Notes under the pieces: generated by a model
Told to the model about the DNA's origin: nothing
What the model saw: the letters and a program-made list of their open reading frames with translations, nothing else
The model's database searches: none
Source: a phage
Length of the DNA: 64,000 nucleotides
Strand: one strand, 5' to 3'
Sequence record: PZ445430.1
In this document: positions 49,217 to 59,674 of the stretch, in pieces
How the letters are laid out: each line of letters begins with the position of its first letter
Position numbering within the stretch: the stretch's first letter is position 1
Made by a program: the position numbers and the translations under genes

Positions 49217-51091
49217 TTATTTAGCGCGAATGTCCTGATGTTTCACTCGACCCATAACCTCATGTTGTTTACCTGGGTTAAATGGACGAGCACCTGGATT
49301 TCCGAGATATCCACAAACTCGACGAGTTACCTCAAGAGTCTCAGGATCATGGTTGCCACAAATTGGGCATTTGAAACCATCCTCAGAAGCTATAGTTTCA
49401 CCCAAGAACCCACATTCCCCACAAGAGTCTACTGGAGTATTAATACCAAAGTAATGAACTTTACTTGCGGCATAGTTAATAACCCATTCCAGTGCATCTG
49501 GGAATCGTTTCATATCCGGCAATTCCACATAGGAAATGCATCCACCAGAAGCAATTGGAGTAAAGTTAGACTCATAATCGAACTTCACGTTTGGAGCAAC
49601 CTTACGTTCTACATCAAGGTGATGGGAATTAGTGTAATATCCTTTAGCCAGAATATCTTCATGCTCTGGAAAATACTCACGGTCTAGGCGACAGAAGCGA
49701 TCACATAGAGATTCAGATGGTGTAGCATATAGACTATACCCTAATTGAGTCTCTTCCTTCTTCTGATCAGCACGATCACGCATGTATTGTAGCACACGTT
49801 GAACGAACTTGACACAAGACTCAGACATTGTATCTACATCTTTACCAAACATGAACTGCAACATTTCGTGGCAGCCTATATATCCTAGAGATACAGAAGC
49901 ACGCTTGTAGAAATGATCAAACACATACTCATCTGGCCCCAGACGTAATCCAAAGGCTCCTGACATATAGAGGATGGGCGCAGCTTTAGCTTGGATGTAT
50001 TTTAAGCGATCAACCCTCCACTCCAATGCTTTTAACGCGGTATCCACACGCAGCTCAAGTAGATCGAAGAATAGATCAATATTTCCTTCCGCTTCGATAG
50101 CGATTCGAGGAAGGTTTACGGAAACAACGCCTAAGTTGTTACGACCAGAAGTTTCACCATCTTCCGCAGCAGCCAGGAATGAACGACAGCCCATAGAGAC
50201 TTTGTAGTCTCCCGTAACTTCTACAACCTTATCATAACTGATGTAGTCAGGATACATACGTTCAGCAGTACATTTCATAGCTAACTTCTTGATATCATAG
50301 TTAACATCACCAGGTTTCATGTTTACGCCATCACGCAAAACAAATACCAGTTTAGGGAAGATAGCTGTACGTTTATTGATACCCAAACCATCCATACGCA
50401 CTTCTAGGATTGCTTTCTGTACAAGACGTGCTTCCCAAGAAGTTCCTAGACCAAACCCAAAGGTAATAAACGGACTTTGACCATTAGAGTTGAACATCGT
50501 ATTGATTTCATACTCCAGGCCCTGACAGGCATCGTAAACTTCTTTCTCAGTCATTTCCGTAGCCATTACAGATGCTTTAGCTTCATCCTTAGTCCAACGC
50601 TTTGCAAACGCATGATTCTTATCATAAGACTTACGAACATAAGGAGCCAATACTTCATCTAATCGGTCTACAGAAGTACCCCCATATTGATGTGAACTAA
50701 CCTGAGTGATAATCTGAGCTGTGATAGCAGCCGCAGTAGTAATAGAGTTTGGTGTACTGATTTCAGCATTACCAACCTTCATACCATTCTTCAACATATC
50801 TTCCAAAGCAACCAGGCAACAGTTAGTCATACCTAACGCAGCGTAATCAGCATCATGGAAGTGAATATCACCAATCATGTGAGCATTTCGAATCTGGATT
50901 GGCATTTCTTCCAGAATCAGATATTTACTCAATTCCCCTGCAAGCATATCCCTTTGTGTAGGGAAACGTTCTGAGGGCTTATTGGCATTATTAAACAGCA
51001 GCTCTTCATCTGCTGAACCTTCGATAATTTCTTTGCAGTTTCGAATCAAGGACTGCATTCCTTTATACTTTAGTTCTTCATTGTGATTCAT
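49217..51091 (-). CDS. nrdD: anaerobic ribonucleoside-triphosphate reductase (class III)
   Basis: 624 aa; C-terminal glycyl-radical motif RVCGYLG and Zn-ribbon cysteines (CGECGF...CPICG). Confidence 0.85.
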   Translation of the reverse strand: MNHNEELKYKGMQSLIRNCKEIIEGSADEELLFNNANKPSERFPTQRDMLAGELSKYLILEEMPIQIRNAHMIGDIHFHDADYAALGMTNCCLVALEDMLKNGMKVGNAEISTPNSITTAAAITAQIITQVSSHQYGGTSVDRLDEVLAPYVRKSYDKNHAFAKRWTKDEAKASVMATEMTEKEVYDACQGLEYEINTMFNSNGQSPFITFGFGLGTSWEARLVQKAILEVRMDGLGINKRTAIFPKLVFVLRDGVNMKPGDVNYDIKKLAMKCTAERMYPDYISYDKVVEVTGDYKVSMGCRSFLAAAEDGETSGRNNLGVVSVNLPRIAIEAEGNIDLFFDLLELRVDTALKALEWRVDRLKYIQAKAAPILYMSGAFGLRLGPDEYVFDHFYKRASVSLGYIGCHEMLQFMFGKDVDTMSESCVKFVQRVLQYMRDRADQKKEETQLGYSLYATPSESLCDRFCRLDREYFPEHEDILAKGYYTNSHHLDVERKVAPNVKFDYESNFTPIASGGCISYVELPDMKRFPDALEWVINYAASKVHYFGINTPVDSCGECGFLGETIASEDGFKCPICGNHDPETLEVTRRVCGYLGNPGARPFNPGKQHEVMGRVKHQDIRAK

Positions 51092-51184
51092 TATACCCTC
51101 CTTCTCTAACTAAGACTACTATTATAACTCATTCGAAGGCGGATGTCAACAATATTTTACTATAAAGTTCTGTAACATGATCTG

Positions 51185-51235
51185 AGTCAAAAAATTTTAT
51201 TTGCCAACCTCTACTAAAAATAGTATAATCACGCA
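51185..51235 (+). promoter_or_regulatory. T5-type early promoter (distal, upstream of phoH-like)
   Basis: A-rich UP region, TTGCCA, 17-nt spacer, TATAAT. Confidence 0.5.
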
Positions 51236-51324
51236 CCCGTGCACGCGATATAAAATGATTATCTAGTACCATACATCTCCCAATAAAAGCAAGCAAATTT
51301 TTTATTTAAATGCAATATCATAGG

Positions 51325-51385
51325 CTTATTTAAAATTGTAGTTGCTTTCTCCCGTATATATTGGTATAATATATTTGTAAGTTGA
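51325..51385 (+). promoter_or_regulatory. T5-type early promoter (proximal, upstream of phoH-like)
   Basis: AAAATT UP, TTGCTT, 17-nt spacer, TATAAT. Confidence 0.6.
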
Positions 51386-51443
51386 TAAACAAGATCTTTT
51401 TGTTGATCCTCTGTTAGCGAAGTACACTATAGGAGTGTTATTT

Positions 51444-52196
51444 ATGGGAAAAGCACGTCAAAAAAGAGAGAACCGCAATGGTTCAAGAAAGCGTGGCAAC
51501 AAGTACGAGAGTAACGTAATTCAAGCAGATTTCTCTGGTGATTACGCCAATCCAGTTGCTAAACCCCTAGTTGGTAAAAACCGTGAGCAAAAATCATATA
51601 TCAATATGATCAAGAACAACACAGTGACTGTGGGTATTGGTGAACCAGGTACTGGTAAAACCTTTATTCCATCCGTTCTTGCAGCTCAGGAACTCGTAGA
51701 CATTCACTCAGATATTGAGCAAGTGATCCTCGTGCGTCCGAACGAACCTCTAGGTAAATCTCTTGGTATGCTCCCAGGTGATCTGGCAGAAAAGCTAGAG
51801 CCTTGGTTGGAACCAATAGCCGATGGCATGAAATGGGCAATCGGTGATCACGCCTACAAAGGATATGTCGAACGTCAGAAAATTAAATTCCTGGCTATCG
51901 AACATGCCCGTGGCCGAACTTTCAACAACTCCTATGTAATTGTCGATGAAGCTCAGAATATCTCCGTTGAAGCAATGATCTGTCTCCTGACTCGTGTAGG
52001 ACAAGATTGTCGTTTAATTATCTGTGGGGATATAGCGCAGAAAGACATCAAGGGTGATTCAGGTCTAGCACTTCTTATGGAAGTCTATGAGAAGTATGAA
52101 AACTCTCCTTTCTCTATGATCGAACTGATCGACAACGTTCGCTCACCAGAGTCTAAAGCATTCTACGATATCTTTAAGGATATGGGGAAGGTGTAA
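51444..52196 (+). CDS. phoH: PhoH-like ATPase
   Basis: Walker A GEPGTGKT, Walker B VIVDEAQN; start at ATG 51444 after AGGAG. Confidence 0.85.
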   Translation: MGKARQKRENRNGSRKRGNKYESNVIQADFSGDYANPVAKPLVGKNREQKSYINMIKNNTVTVGIGEPGTGKTFIPSVLAAQELVDIHSDIEQVILVRPNEPLGKSLGMLPGDLAEKLEPWLEPIADGMKWAIGDHAYKGYVERQKIKFLAIEHARGRTFNNSYVIVDEAQNISVEAMICLLTRVGQDCRLIICGDIAQKDIKGDSGLALLMEVYEKYENSPFSMIELIDNVRSPESKAFYDIFKDMGKV

Positions 52197-52197
52197 T

Positions 52198-52440
52198 ATG
52201 GGAAACGTCGTACATCTGCACCGCAAAACTAAGATCCACCGTACTTCATTGAGTGCTGCTAATATGATTACACGTAAGGAAGGGGAAGAAAGTCCTAAGA
52301 CTACCCTAGCGTGGAAAATTGTAGCCTCTAATCCAAATCGGCCATTCAACTATAATGAACTGAGTACTTCTATAGACATTCTTATGGCTAAGGAAATACG
52401 ACAGAAACTAACTGATATGACCGATAAACTTAAATGGTAA
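52198..52440 (+). CDS. hypothetical protein
   Basis: 80-aa ORF coupled to phoH-like stop; terminator follows. Confidence 0.5.
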   Translation: MGNVVHLHRKTKIHRTSLSAANMITRKEGEESPKTTLAWKIVASNPNRPFNYNELSTSIDILMAKEIRQKLTDMTDKLKW

Positions 52441-52446
52441 GACAGA

Positions 52447-52481
52447 CGAGCCTGGGTATGAAAATATCCGGGCTCTTTTTA
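52447..52481 (+). terminator. intrinsic terminator
   Basis: GAGCCTGGG...CCCGGGCTC hairpin followed by TTTTT. Confidence 0.7.
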
Positions 52482-52530
52482 TCTGTAAAATTGTACTTGC
52501 AAAATGACCCAAAACAAAGTAGAATATCTT
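52480..52530 (+). promoter_or_regulatory. promoter upstream of nrdA
   Basis: TTGCAA, 17-nt spacer, TAGAAT. Confidence 0.5.
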
Positions 52531-52563
52531 CTAAATCCTGATAACTACAAAAAGGAAAGCCAA

Positions 52564-54894
52564 ATGAGCCATCGTATCGAAAAAGTAATTAAACGTGACG
52601 GTACTGTTCAGGACTTTGCTCCTGAAAAACTCAATGATTGGGCTGCATGGGCATGTAAAGATACTGACGTAAGTTGGTCTGCCGTAGTTATGGCTGCCCT
52701 GAAAAATCTACCCAAAGGTGTTGTAGACTCCGATACACTCCAAGATGTGTTAATTAAAGCCGCTGAAGGTCTTATCAAAGACAACCCAGCATATGATACT
52801 GTAGCAAAGGAATTACGTCTTGCGCAGATGCGTAAACGCCTATATGATTCCTTTGAACCTCCTTCTCTGCGTTTCTTCCACGATCATATGGTTCGTATTG
52901 GCGCCTGGGAAGACATGAGTGCATGGATTAGCGATGATCATTTTGATGCTCTGAATCAAGTTATTGATCATGATCGCGATCGTTTATTCACCAGTGGTGG
53001 ACTGAAACAGTTCTTCGACAAGTATTCCCGTCGTAATATTGCAACTGGTGAAATTTATGAAACCCCGCAGTTTGCCTACATGGGTATGGCAATGGCGATG
53101 TTATCTCAACCTAACTGGACAATCCTAGATGCAATCGACCTCTACAATGCAATGTCGCTCCACAAAATCAACGTTCCTACGCCGCCACTGGTTGGCCTGC
53201 GCTCTAGTGACCGTGGATTTGCTAGTTGCTGTCTCGTGGATTCCACTGACACGCTGGATTCAATCGACACAGCCGAGCACATCGTCTTCAAAATGGTCGC
53301 AGCCAGAGCGGGAATCGGGTATCATCTTGAAAGCCGATCAATTGCTGATCCGGTGCGAAATGGGGCATTCCCGCATTCCGGAAAACTGCCATATTATCGA
53401 CACATTGACCGATCAGTAAAAGCTAACACTCAGCAAACCCGTGGTGGTTCTGCTACTGTGTCTTACCCATACTTCGATCCTGAAATCATTCAATTGATGC
53501 AAGTTAAGCAGCAACGTGCTACAGACGAGAATAAAATCGATAAGATGGATTACTCTCTGAGCTTTAACAACCTCCTGCTAAAACGTTACCTGAAAAACGA
53601 AGATATTACGCTAATGTCCTACTTCTACGCACCAGAAGTTCATGAAGCGTTTTATGGCGAAGATGAGGCTAAGTTTGAAGAAATCTACGTGGCAGCGGAG
53701 AAACGTGTGGCATCTCTTACAAAGATCGACCACGAAGGAAAAACAATTCCAGCAGCTCCTAGAATCTCTGCAAAAGAAATCCTAGATACTTGGTTACGTA
53801 TCCGTATGGAAACAGGGCGTATGTATGCTCATCACATTGGTGAATCTAACCGTCATGGTAACTTCCTTGACCCGATTCGTATGACCAACCTTTGTGTTGA
53901 AATTACTCAGCCAACCCGTCCATTCCATCACATTACGGAGCTGTATAAGACCCAAGATCAGTTAGACGATATGCGTCCAGAAGATATTGGTGAAGTATCT
54001 CTGTGTAACTTAGGTGGTGTTGTACTAGGTCGTATGGAATCTCTGGCTGAATGGGAGAAAACTTGCTACATTCTTCTGAAATTCGTTGATACAATCATCG
54101 AGATTCAGGATTACCCATTCCCAACTATGGAGTACACGGCTAAGAAACGTCGTAACGTTGGTATTGGTCTGATGAACGCAGCAGGTGCAATGGCAGCAGA
54201 AGGTTTGGCTTACGAAGGTGTTGAAGCCCGTAACTGGATTCACCGTGAAGCTGAAAAGCTGTCCTACTTCCTACATAAAGCCTCTGTACGTCTGGCTAAA
54301 GAACAAGGTGCATGTGACTGGTTTAATCGTACTAAACCATCCAAAGGAACTCTGGTAATCGACACGTACAAGAAAACTGTTGATGAACTGGTAACTGTAG
54401 GTCTAGAAATGGATTGGGAATCTCTGCGTGCAGATATTCTGAAATATGGTATGCGCAACTCTGTTCTGACTGCTCAGATGCCGGGTGAAAGTTCCTCTGT
54501 ACTGCTAGGTGTTACTAACTCTATCGAGCCGCCTCGTAAGATTGTATCTATCAAGGGTAGTGCAGTTAATAAAGTAATTGCAATTGCTCCAGGTGCAACC
54601 GATTGGGATACATTAATGAGTTATAAACTAGCTTATGATGTAGATCGTATCGAGTGGATAAAATGGGTAGCAACCATGCAGAAATTCTTCAGTCAGTCTA
54701 TCAGTACGAATATGTACTATGACTACACCAAGTTTGAGAATGAAATCATTCCTGGTCCAGTAGTAGTTCGTGATTTCATGACTGCTGTTAAGTACGGCTG
54801 GAAAACTTGGTACTACGCTAACTTCAACACTGAAAATGGTGGTGGAGCTGGTGAAGAAGCAGCAGGTTGTGCATCAGGTGGTTGTAACCTGTAA
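52564..54894 (+). CDS. nrdA: ribonucleoside-diphosphate reductase large subunit (class Ia)
   Basis: ATP-cone N-terminus (MSHRIEKVIKRDGT), RNR catalytic motifs, C-terminal CxxGGC tail; start at internal ATG because track ATG 52504 lies inside the promoter. Confidence 0.9.
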   Translation: MSHRIEKVIKRDGTVQDFAPEKLNDWAAWACKDTDVSWSAVVMAALKNLPKGVVDSDTLQDVLIKAAEGLIKDNPAYDTVAKELRLAQMRKRLYDSFEPPSLRFFHDHMVRIGAWEDMSAWISDDHFDALNQVIDHDRDRLFTSGGLKQFFDKYSRRNIATGEIYETPQFAYMGMAMAMLSQPNWTILDAIDLYNAMSLHKINVPTPPLVGLRSSDRGFASCCLVDSTDTLDSIDTAEHIVFKMVAARAGIGYHLESRSIADPVRNGAFPHSGKLPYYRHIDRSVKANTQQTRGGSATVSYPYFDPEIIQLMQVKQQRATDENKIDKMDYSLSFNNLLLKRYLKNEDITLMSYFYAPEVHEAFYGEDEAKFEEIYVAAEKRVASLTKIDHEGKTIPAAPRISAKEILDTWLRIRMETGRMYAHHIGESNRHGNFLDPIRMTNLCVEITQPTRPFHHITELYKTQDQLDDMRPEDIGEVSLCNLGGVVLGRMESLAEWEKTCYILLKFVDTIIEIQDYPFPTMEYTAKKRRNVGIGLMNAAGAMAAEGLAYEGVEARNWIHREAEKLSYFLHKASVRLAKEQGACDWFNRTKPSKGTLVIDTYKKTVDELVTVGLEMDWESLRADILKYGMRNSVLTAQMPGESSSVLLGVTNSIEPPRKIVSIKGSAVNKVIAIAPGATDWDTLMSYKLAYDVDRIEWIKWVATMQKFFSQSISTNMYYDYTKFENEIIPGPVVVRDFMTAVKYGWKTWYYANFNTENGGGAGEEAAGCASGGCNL

Positions 54895-54902
54895 TAAAAA
54901 CA

Positions 54903-54930
54903 AGGAGATCTTCGGGTCTCCTTTTTCTTT
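54903..54930 (+). terminator. intrinsic terminator after nrdA
   Basis: GGAGATC-TTCG-GGTCTCC hairpin followed by TTTTTCTTT. Confidence 0.7.
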
Positions 54931-54975
54931 GAAATTTTACTTGCTAATCGCTACCAGATTTGCTATAATATTCCT
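54930..54975 (+). promoter_or_regulatory. T5-type early promoter upstream of nrdB
   Basis: TTGCTA, 17-nt spacer, TATAAT. Confidence 0.6.
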
Positions 54976-55010
54976 GAAATAGTGAGAAATAGTGAGAAAG
55001 AGGAAAATCA

Positions 55011-56156
55011 ATGACTACTTTACTAAACCTGAATTGGGATCATACTAACGCTGACCTTTTCCTGGGCGATTCTCTTGGTATCGCAGATTACGTTCGTGTA
55101 GCACATCCTGAACTTGAGCGTCTAGCACTTTTGCAACGTTCTCAATTTTGGACTGAAACTGAAATCAGTCTGGAAGCCGATAAGAAACAATGGCCAAACC
55201 TCCCGCGTGATATTCAGGAAATTACTCTCCTGAACTTAGCATGGCAGACCCAAACAGATTCTTTCATTAGCCGTGCTCCTGAAGCAGCTATTATGCCGCT
55301 TGTAAGCCGTCCTGAATTGGAGGGTATGCTCAAGCAGTGGAGCTACTTCGAAGATCTGCACAGCCGTGCATATAGTAACATTATTCGTAACGTTCTGACT
55401 GATCCAGCAGAATTTATTGATTCTGTAACTAAAAACCAAGAAGCATTTGCACGTATCGCAGATTCTGTTGAACTGTTTGATGAATTGTATCTGTTAGGCC
55501 AGTATTTCCTTGCAGTACGTGATCATCGTGGTGATAATACTTATCCAGAAACTGAGTTCCCTGAAGTTAAACGTGAAACTCAGGCTAAACTGTTAGACGC
55601 TTACTTTGCAATCTATGGTCTGGAAGCAATGCAGTTCTACGCATCCTTTGCATGTACCTTTGCTCTAGCAGAGAACGATATTCTGCAAGGTATTGCTAAG
55701 AACCTGCAATTAATCGCTAAAGATGAAGCTCTACATACTCAAATGTCTAAAGCTATCATCCAGATTATGTTCCAGCAGTTTGATAAAGATCTGGTAGATG
55801 AAGCATTAGCTAAAGCACCAGCACAACTCCTAAAAACTCTGAAAACTGAGATTGAATGGGGCCACTTTATCTTTAAAGGCCGCAGTCTGATTGGTTTGAA
55901 CGCAGAATTGCTTGAAGAATACCTTTACTTTGTAGGACGTAACGCATTTATGCACATTGGTGTAGAATGGCCAAGCCACTTACCTGTAATTACTAAGAAC
56001 CCTATTCCGTGGATTATGAACTGGTTGGATACTACATCTTTACAACCTGCTCCACAAGAGATTCAGATTGGTGCAGCGTACCGTGTAGGTCAAGTAACTG
56101 AAACCTCTGCTGATACTCTGAAAGATCTTGGCAACGAATTTGAGGATATGTTCTAA
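55011..56156 (+). CDS. nrdB: ribonucleoside-diphosphate reductase small subunit
   Basis: 381 aa; di-iron ligand motifs and conserved C-terminal tail; directly follows nrdA. Confidence 0.9.
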   Translation: MTTLLNLNWDHTNADLFLGDSLGIADYVRVAHPELERLALLQRSQFWTETEISLEADKKQWPNLPRDIQEITLLNLAWQTQTDSFISRAPEAAIMPLVSRPELEGMLKQWSYFEDLHSRAYSNIIRNVLTDPAEFIDSVTKNQEAFARIADSVELFDELYLLGQYFLAVRDHRGDNTYPETEFPEVKRETQAKLLDAYFAIYGLEAMQFYASFACTFALAENDILQGIAKNLQLIAKDEALHTQMSKAIIQIMFQQFDKDLVDEALAKAPAQLLKTLKTEIEWGHFIFKGRSLIGLNAELLEEYLYFVGRNAFMHIGVEWPSHLPVITKNPIPWIMNWLDTTSLQPAPQEIQIGAAYRVGQVTETSADTLKDLGNEFEDMF

Positions 56157-56686
56157 TGATAGCAGCAATCTATGCAACTGGGCCGAATGGGGAGTTCGGC
56201 CTCAATGGTAAGCTCCCCTGGGGTTCTTTCAAAGAAGAACTAGATATCTTCTATGCTACATTGGATTCTCTGGCACCTGACAATATTATTGTAGGAGCAG
56301 GAACTTGGTTAGCATTCCCTGAGACTCTGCAAAAAAGAATACTAGGAGATTCTGACCTATTTATTTATGCAAATAGACCACTACCGAACTCTATAAGATC
56401 AGCTACACGCATAAGCAACATTGGATACCGTCTGCCTGATTTTCTCAAGGAAGAGGTAACTGTAGTATTAGGGGGAGCAACTCTGCTTCTTGAAATGTAT
56501 GTCAAAAATCATCTAGATATGGCGTATATCTCTACTATTACTTCAGCCACACCATTATCTGCTGATGTACATCTGCATCATCATATTACTTTAACTAATT
56601 CAATGGCAACTAGAATGGACTATGTGGCAGGACAGAATGCAGATAAAACGCTTTCATTCTTACAAGAATTGGTGATATTTAAATGA
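56156..56686 (+). CDS. frd: dihydrofolate reductase
   Basis: 176 aa; IAAI...[21 protein letters not shown] match DHFR motifs; precedes thyA. Confidence 0.75.
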   Translation: MIAAIYATGPNGEFGLNGKLPWGSFKEELDIFYATLDSLAPDNIIVGAGTWLAFPETLQKRILGDSDLFIYANRPLPNSIRSATRISNIGYRLPDFLKEEVTVVLGGATLLLEMYVKNHLDMAYISTITSATPLSADVHLHHHITLTNSMATRMDYVAGQNADKTLSFLQELVIFK

Positions 56687-57537
56687 AGCAATATATTGAA
56701 ACTGGAAAACGTATTCTTGAAGAGGGTGTATGGGTAACGAATCCTAGAACAGGGGTTCGTTGCCTAACCATTATTGATGCAGACTTTACCTTTAACGTAG
56801 GAGCAGGAGAACTGCCGCTAGTAACTACTCGTAAAGCATTTGCTAAACAAGCAATAATGGAAATGATCGGATATCTCCGTGGGTACGACTCAGCAGCACA
56901 ATTCCGCGCTATTGGTGTTAATACATGGAATGCTAATGCAAATGAAAATATTGCCTGGCTAGGTAATCCATTCCGTAAAGGCGAGGATGATATGGGACGA
57001 GTCTATGGTGTTCAAGGACGTCATTGGACTAATTCTGATGGTATGGTATTTGATCAGTTAGCCAAAGTCTATCATAATTTGAAAAGAGGGATTGACGATC
57101 GTGGAGAAATTTTAACTTTTTGGAACCCTGGGGAATTTCGTAGAGGATGCCTACGTCCGTGTATGCATACCCATCAATTCTCTATTTTAGGTGATACACT
57201 ATACCTAAACTCTTTCCAGAGGTCTAATGATTTCTTGCTGGGCCAAGTATTTAATATGGTGCAATGCTATGCACTTCTAGCTATTATGGCACAGATTACA
57301 GGTCTTAAGCCAGGTATTGCTCGTCAAAAGATTATTAATCTTCATATCTATGAAGATCAGTATAATGTTCTGATGGAGCACAAGCAATTCGATCGTGAAC
57401 CTTTTGCACCTCCTACTTTAGAAATCAATCCAAATATTAGAACTTTGGATGATGTATTAACGTGGGTAAGTAAGGATGATTTTACTGTTCGTGGCTATGA
57501 ACACCATCCTGCTATTGCATATCCATTTACGGTGTAA
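56683..57537 (+). CDS. thyA: thymidylate synthase
   Basis: 284 aa; active-site region [11 protein letters not shown] and [22 protein letters not shown] match ThyA motifs. Confidence 0.85.
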   Translation: MKQYIETGKRILEEGVWVTNPRTGVRCLTIIDADFTFNVGAGELPLVTTRKAFAKQAIMEMIGYLRGYDSAAQFRAIGVNTWNANANENIAWLGNPFRKGEDDMGRVYGVQGRHWTNSDGMVFDQLAKVYHNLKRGIDDRGEILTFWNPGEFRRGCLRPCMHTHQFSILGDTLYLNSFQRSNDFLLGQVFNMVQCYALLAIMAQITGLKPGIARQKIINLHIYEDQYNVLMEHKQFDREPFAPPTLEINPNIRTLDDVLTWVSKDDFTVRGYEHHPAIAYPFTV

Positions 57538-57540
57538 CAT

Positions 57541-57894
57541 ATGTTAATTATACTATTATTTGTCATATTCTTTCTAAAACATTTTATGGCCGATTATACA
57601 CTCCAAACTCCATATATGCTAAGAAAGACGAATAAAATAGGGTGGAAACTTCCATTATTAACCCATTCGCTAGTACATGCTGGATTAACATTTGCAATTC
57701 TAATCCTATTCACATCACCAGGAATGTCTATAGCTTTAGCTATTATGGAATTAATTCTACACTTTATTATAGATTATTGGAAAGCACAACGCTGTAAATA
57801 CGCTATAAGCGATGCTAAGTTTTGGATAGCTTTAGGATTTGATCAGTTACTGCATTATCTGACATACGCCCTAATAATCTTGATTATAATCTAA
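57541..57894 (+). CDS. small integral membrane protein
   Basis: 117 aa, about three hydrophobic helices. Confidence 0.55.
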   Translation: MLIILLFVIFFLKHFMADYTLQTPYMLRKTNKIGWKLPLLTHSLVHAGLTFAILILFTSPGMSIALAIMELILHFIIDYWKAQRCKYAISDAKFWIALGFDQLLHYLTYALIILIII

Positions 57895-57899
57895 TTCAA

Positions 57900-57925
57900 A
57901 TAGCCCTTCGGGGCTATTATATTTA
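57900..57925 (+). terminator. intrinsic terminator
   Basis: TAGCCC-TTCG-GGGCTA hairpin followed by T-rich run. Confidence 0.65.
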
Positions 57926-57970
57926 AATTTCATTTGCTTACTGAGTGAAATTCAAATATAATATACTTCT
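57920..57970 (+). promoter_or_regulatory. T5-type early promoter
   Basis: TTGCTT, 17-nt spacer, TATAAT. Confidence 0.6.
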
Positions 57971-57992
57971 AGTTTGACAGAAGGATTTAATA

Positions 57993-58571
57993 ATGACAGC
58001 CATAGTAGCATTTAAATATAAAGATAAAGTATACTTAGCTGGTGATCGTATGGGTTCTAATGGCTATACGAAACTGCTGGTTAAAAATCCGAAAGTATTC
58101 AAAATCTCTGATGATTTGTACTTCGGATACACTAGTTCCTTCTACATGGGACAATTACTAGAGCATAGCTTTACTGTACCACCACGTTTAGCAGATATTT
58201 CCGATGATAAATATTTATATACGGAAATAGTACCTAAATTACGTGATATGTTTAACCAGAAAGATTTTGGCGAAAAGAAAAATGAAAAATATGCTGAACC
58301 TAATCTGGGACAATTTATTATGCTCTACAAAGGAAGAATCTTTATTTTCCAATCTAATGCTTCTATTCTAGAAGTTGAATATGCCGGTGTAGGCTGTGGA
58401 GGAGAAGATGTACTTTCCAGTATTCGTACAGGTTTAGCTATTGCGGATTGTCGAGCCACAGATTTAGATGTAGATGATATATTTGAAATCATTGATCTGG
58501 CTTTTACGCATTGTGCAGATTATATGTGTGGTGTATCTTCTCAACATGATGTATTAGTAATTGGAGAATAA
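57993..58571 (+). CDS. HslV/proteasome-like Ntn-hydrolase (putative peptidase)
   Basis: 192 aa; Thr at position 2 (MTAIVAFKYKDKVYLAGD) and later YAGVGCGGEDVLSSIRTGLAIAD resemble HslV. Confidence 0.45.
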   Translation: MTAIVAFKYKDKVYLAGDRMGSNGYTKLLVKNPKVFKISDDLYFGYTSSFYMGQLLEHSFTVPPRLADISDDKYLYTEIVPKLRDMFNQKDFGEKKNEKYAEPNLGQFIMLYKGRIFIFQSNASILEVEYAGVGCGGEDVLSSIRTGLAIADCRATDLDVDDIFEIIDLAFTHCADYMCGVSSQHDVLVIGE

Positions 58572-58573
58572 AT

Positions 58574-58843
58574 ATGTCTATTCTTTTATCTGCTTTAGAA
58601 GCAAAACAAAATACTATTGCTAGCATTAAAAAGGAAGTAATTGACCTAGAATCACTTATTGCCATAGAGATTGACAAAGCTATCAAAGATAAAGAATTTA
58701 ACTGTCACATCCAGGGATTAACTGAATACTCAGAAAACGCTAGAAATAGCGTCATGCAAAAACTTAGCAAACTAGGTTATGTTGTAGAAGCTAAGTATGA
58801 ACAGCGTGAAGGTTTTTGGCTTGAAATTGATTGGAGCAAATAA
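58574..58843 (+). CDS. hypothetical protein
   Basis: 89-aa ORF between HslV-like gene and rnh. Confidence 0.5.
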   Translation: MSILLSALEAKQNTIASIKKEVIDLESLIAIEIDKAIKDKEFNCHIQGLTEYSENARNSVMQKLSKLGYVVEAKYEQREGFWLEIDWSK

Positions 58844-59319
58844 TGTCGGTTTTCCACATATATACAGATGGTGCATGTAAAGGCAATCCTGGTTTAGGTG
58901 CGTGGGGATTCGTTGTCTATAATGATAATGATGATCGTATTGGCTCTAAATCTGGCTTCAGCCCTAAAACTACTAATAACGAAATGGAACTTACTGCAAT
59001 TGTAGAAGTTCTTCGTTGGTCTACTAAGAAAGATAATCGTCCAGTAATTATCTACACTGATTCTGCTTACTGCAAAAATGGTATGGAAAGCTGGATGTGG
59101 TCTTGGCAGAAGAAAGGCTGGAAGAAGGGAGATGGTGAAACTCCTCTTAATCTAGAACTCTGGCAAGAAGCATTTAAACTAACTCAACAGTATATTAACT
59201 TCCATGATACCAATCCAACCTTTGTTAAGGTTAAAGGTCACTCAGGTATTCGTGGTAATGAAGAAGTTGATGCTCTATGCAATACTGTAATTACTGAGCA
59301 AGAACTTGCTGAGATGTAA
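58831..59319 (+). CDS. rnh: ribonuclease H
   Basis: 162 aa; IYTDGACKGNPGLGAWG, TNNEMELTA, YTDSAY match RNase HI motifs. Confidence 0.9.
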   Translation: MEQIMSVFHIYTDGACKGNPGLGAWGFVVYNDNDDRIGSKSGFSPKTTNNEMELTAIVEVLRWSTKKDNRPVIIYTDSAYCKNGMESWMWSWQKKGWKKGDGETPLNLELWQEAFKLTQQYINFHDTNPTFVKVKGHSGIRGNEEVDALCNTVITEQELAEM

Positions 59320-59324
59320 TAAAT

Positions 59325-59375
59325 AATTTAAAAATTCACTTGCTTAAAGCCCTCGAATTTAGTATAATATTCGTA
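59325..59375 (+). promoter_or_regulatory. T5-type early promoter
   Basis: AAAAATT UP, TTGCTT, 17-nt spacer, TATAAT. Confidence 0.65.
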
Positions 59376-59395
59376 TTGAAAGTGAGGAGGGCTTT

Positions 59396-59674
59396 ATGCG
59401 AATTTACAACTCAAATTCATTAGGATTTAAACCTTTGAGAAAACGCGCACAATCTCCGCGTCAGATCAGAAAGGCAAATATTGGTGAGCCAGAAACTAGG
59501 CTTCCACCACCTCCGGAGCAGCGTCTAGTTTATCTAGATGAAGAATTAGCCGAAAGGGAACGCAAAGCTCAAGAAGAAATTGAGCGTAAGAAACTGTGTA
59601 CTGCTCCTGCATATAACAAGGGTGGTTATCAGTACGTTTCCAGTGAGGAACAAGCTAAGATGATCGGCAGATAA
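59396..59674 (+). CDS. hypothetical protein
   Basis: 92-aa charged ORF behind its own promoter. Confidence 0.55.
   Translation: MRIYNSNSLGFKPLRKRAQSPRQIRKANIGEPETRLPPPPEQRLVYLDEELAERERKAQEEIERKKLCTAPAYNKGGYQYVSSEEQAKMIGR

Noticed and set aside
52504-52563. Upstream ATG start of nrdA (MTQNK...)
   Set aside because: This ATG sits between the -35 and -10 elements of the nrdA promoter, so it cannot be in the mRNA; the ATP-cone start MSHRIEK with an AAAGGAAA RBS is used instead.
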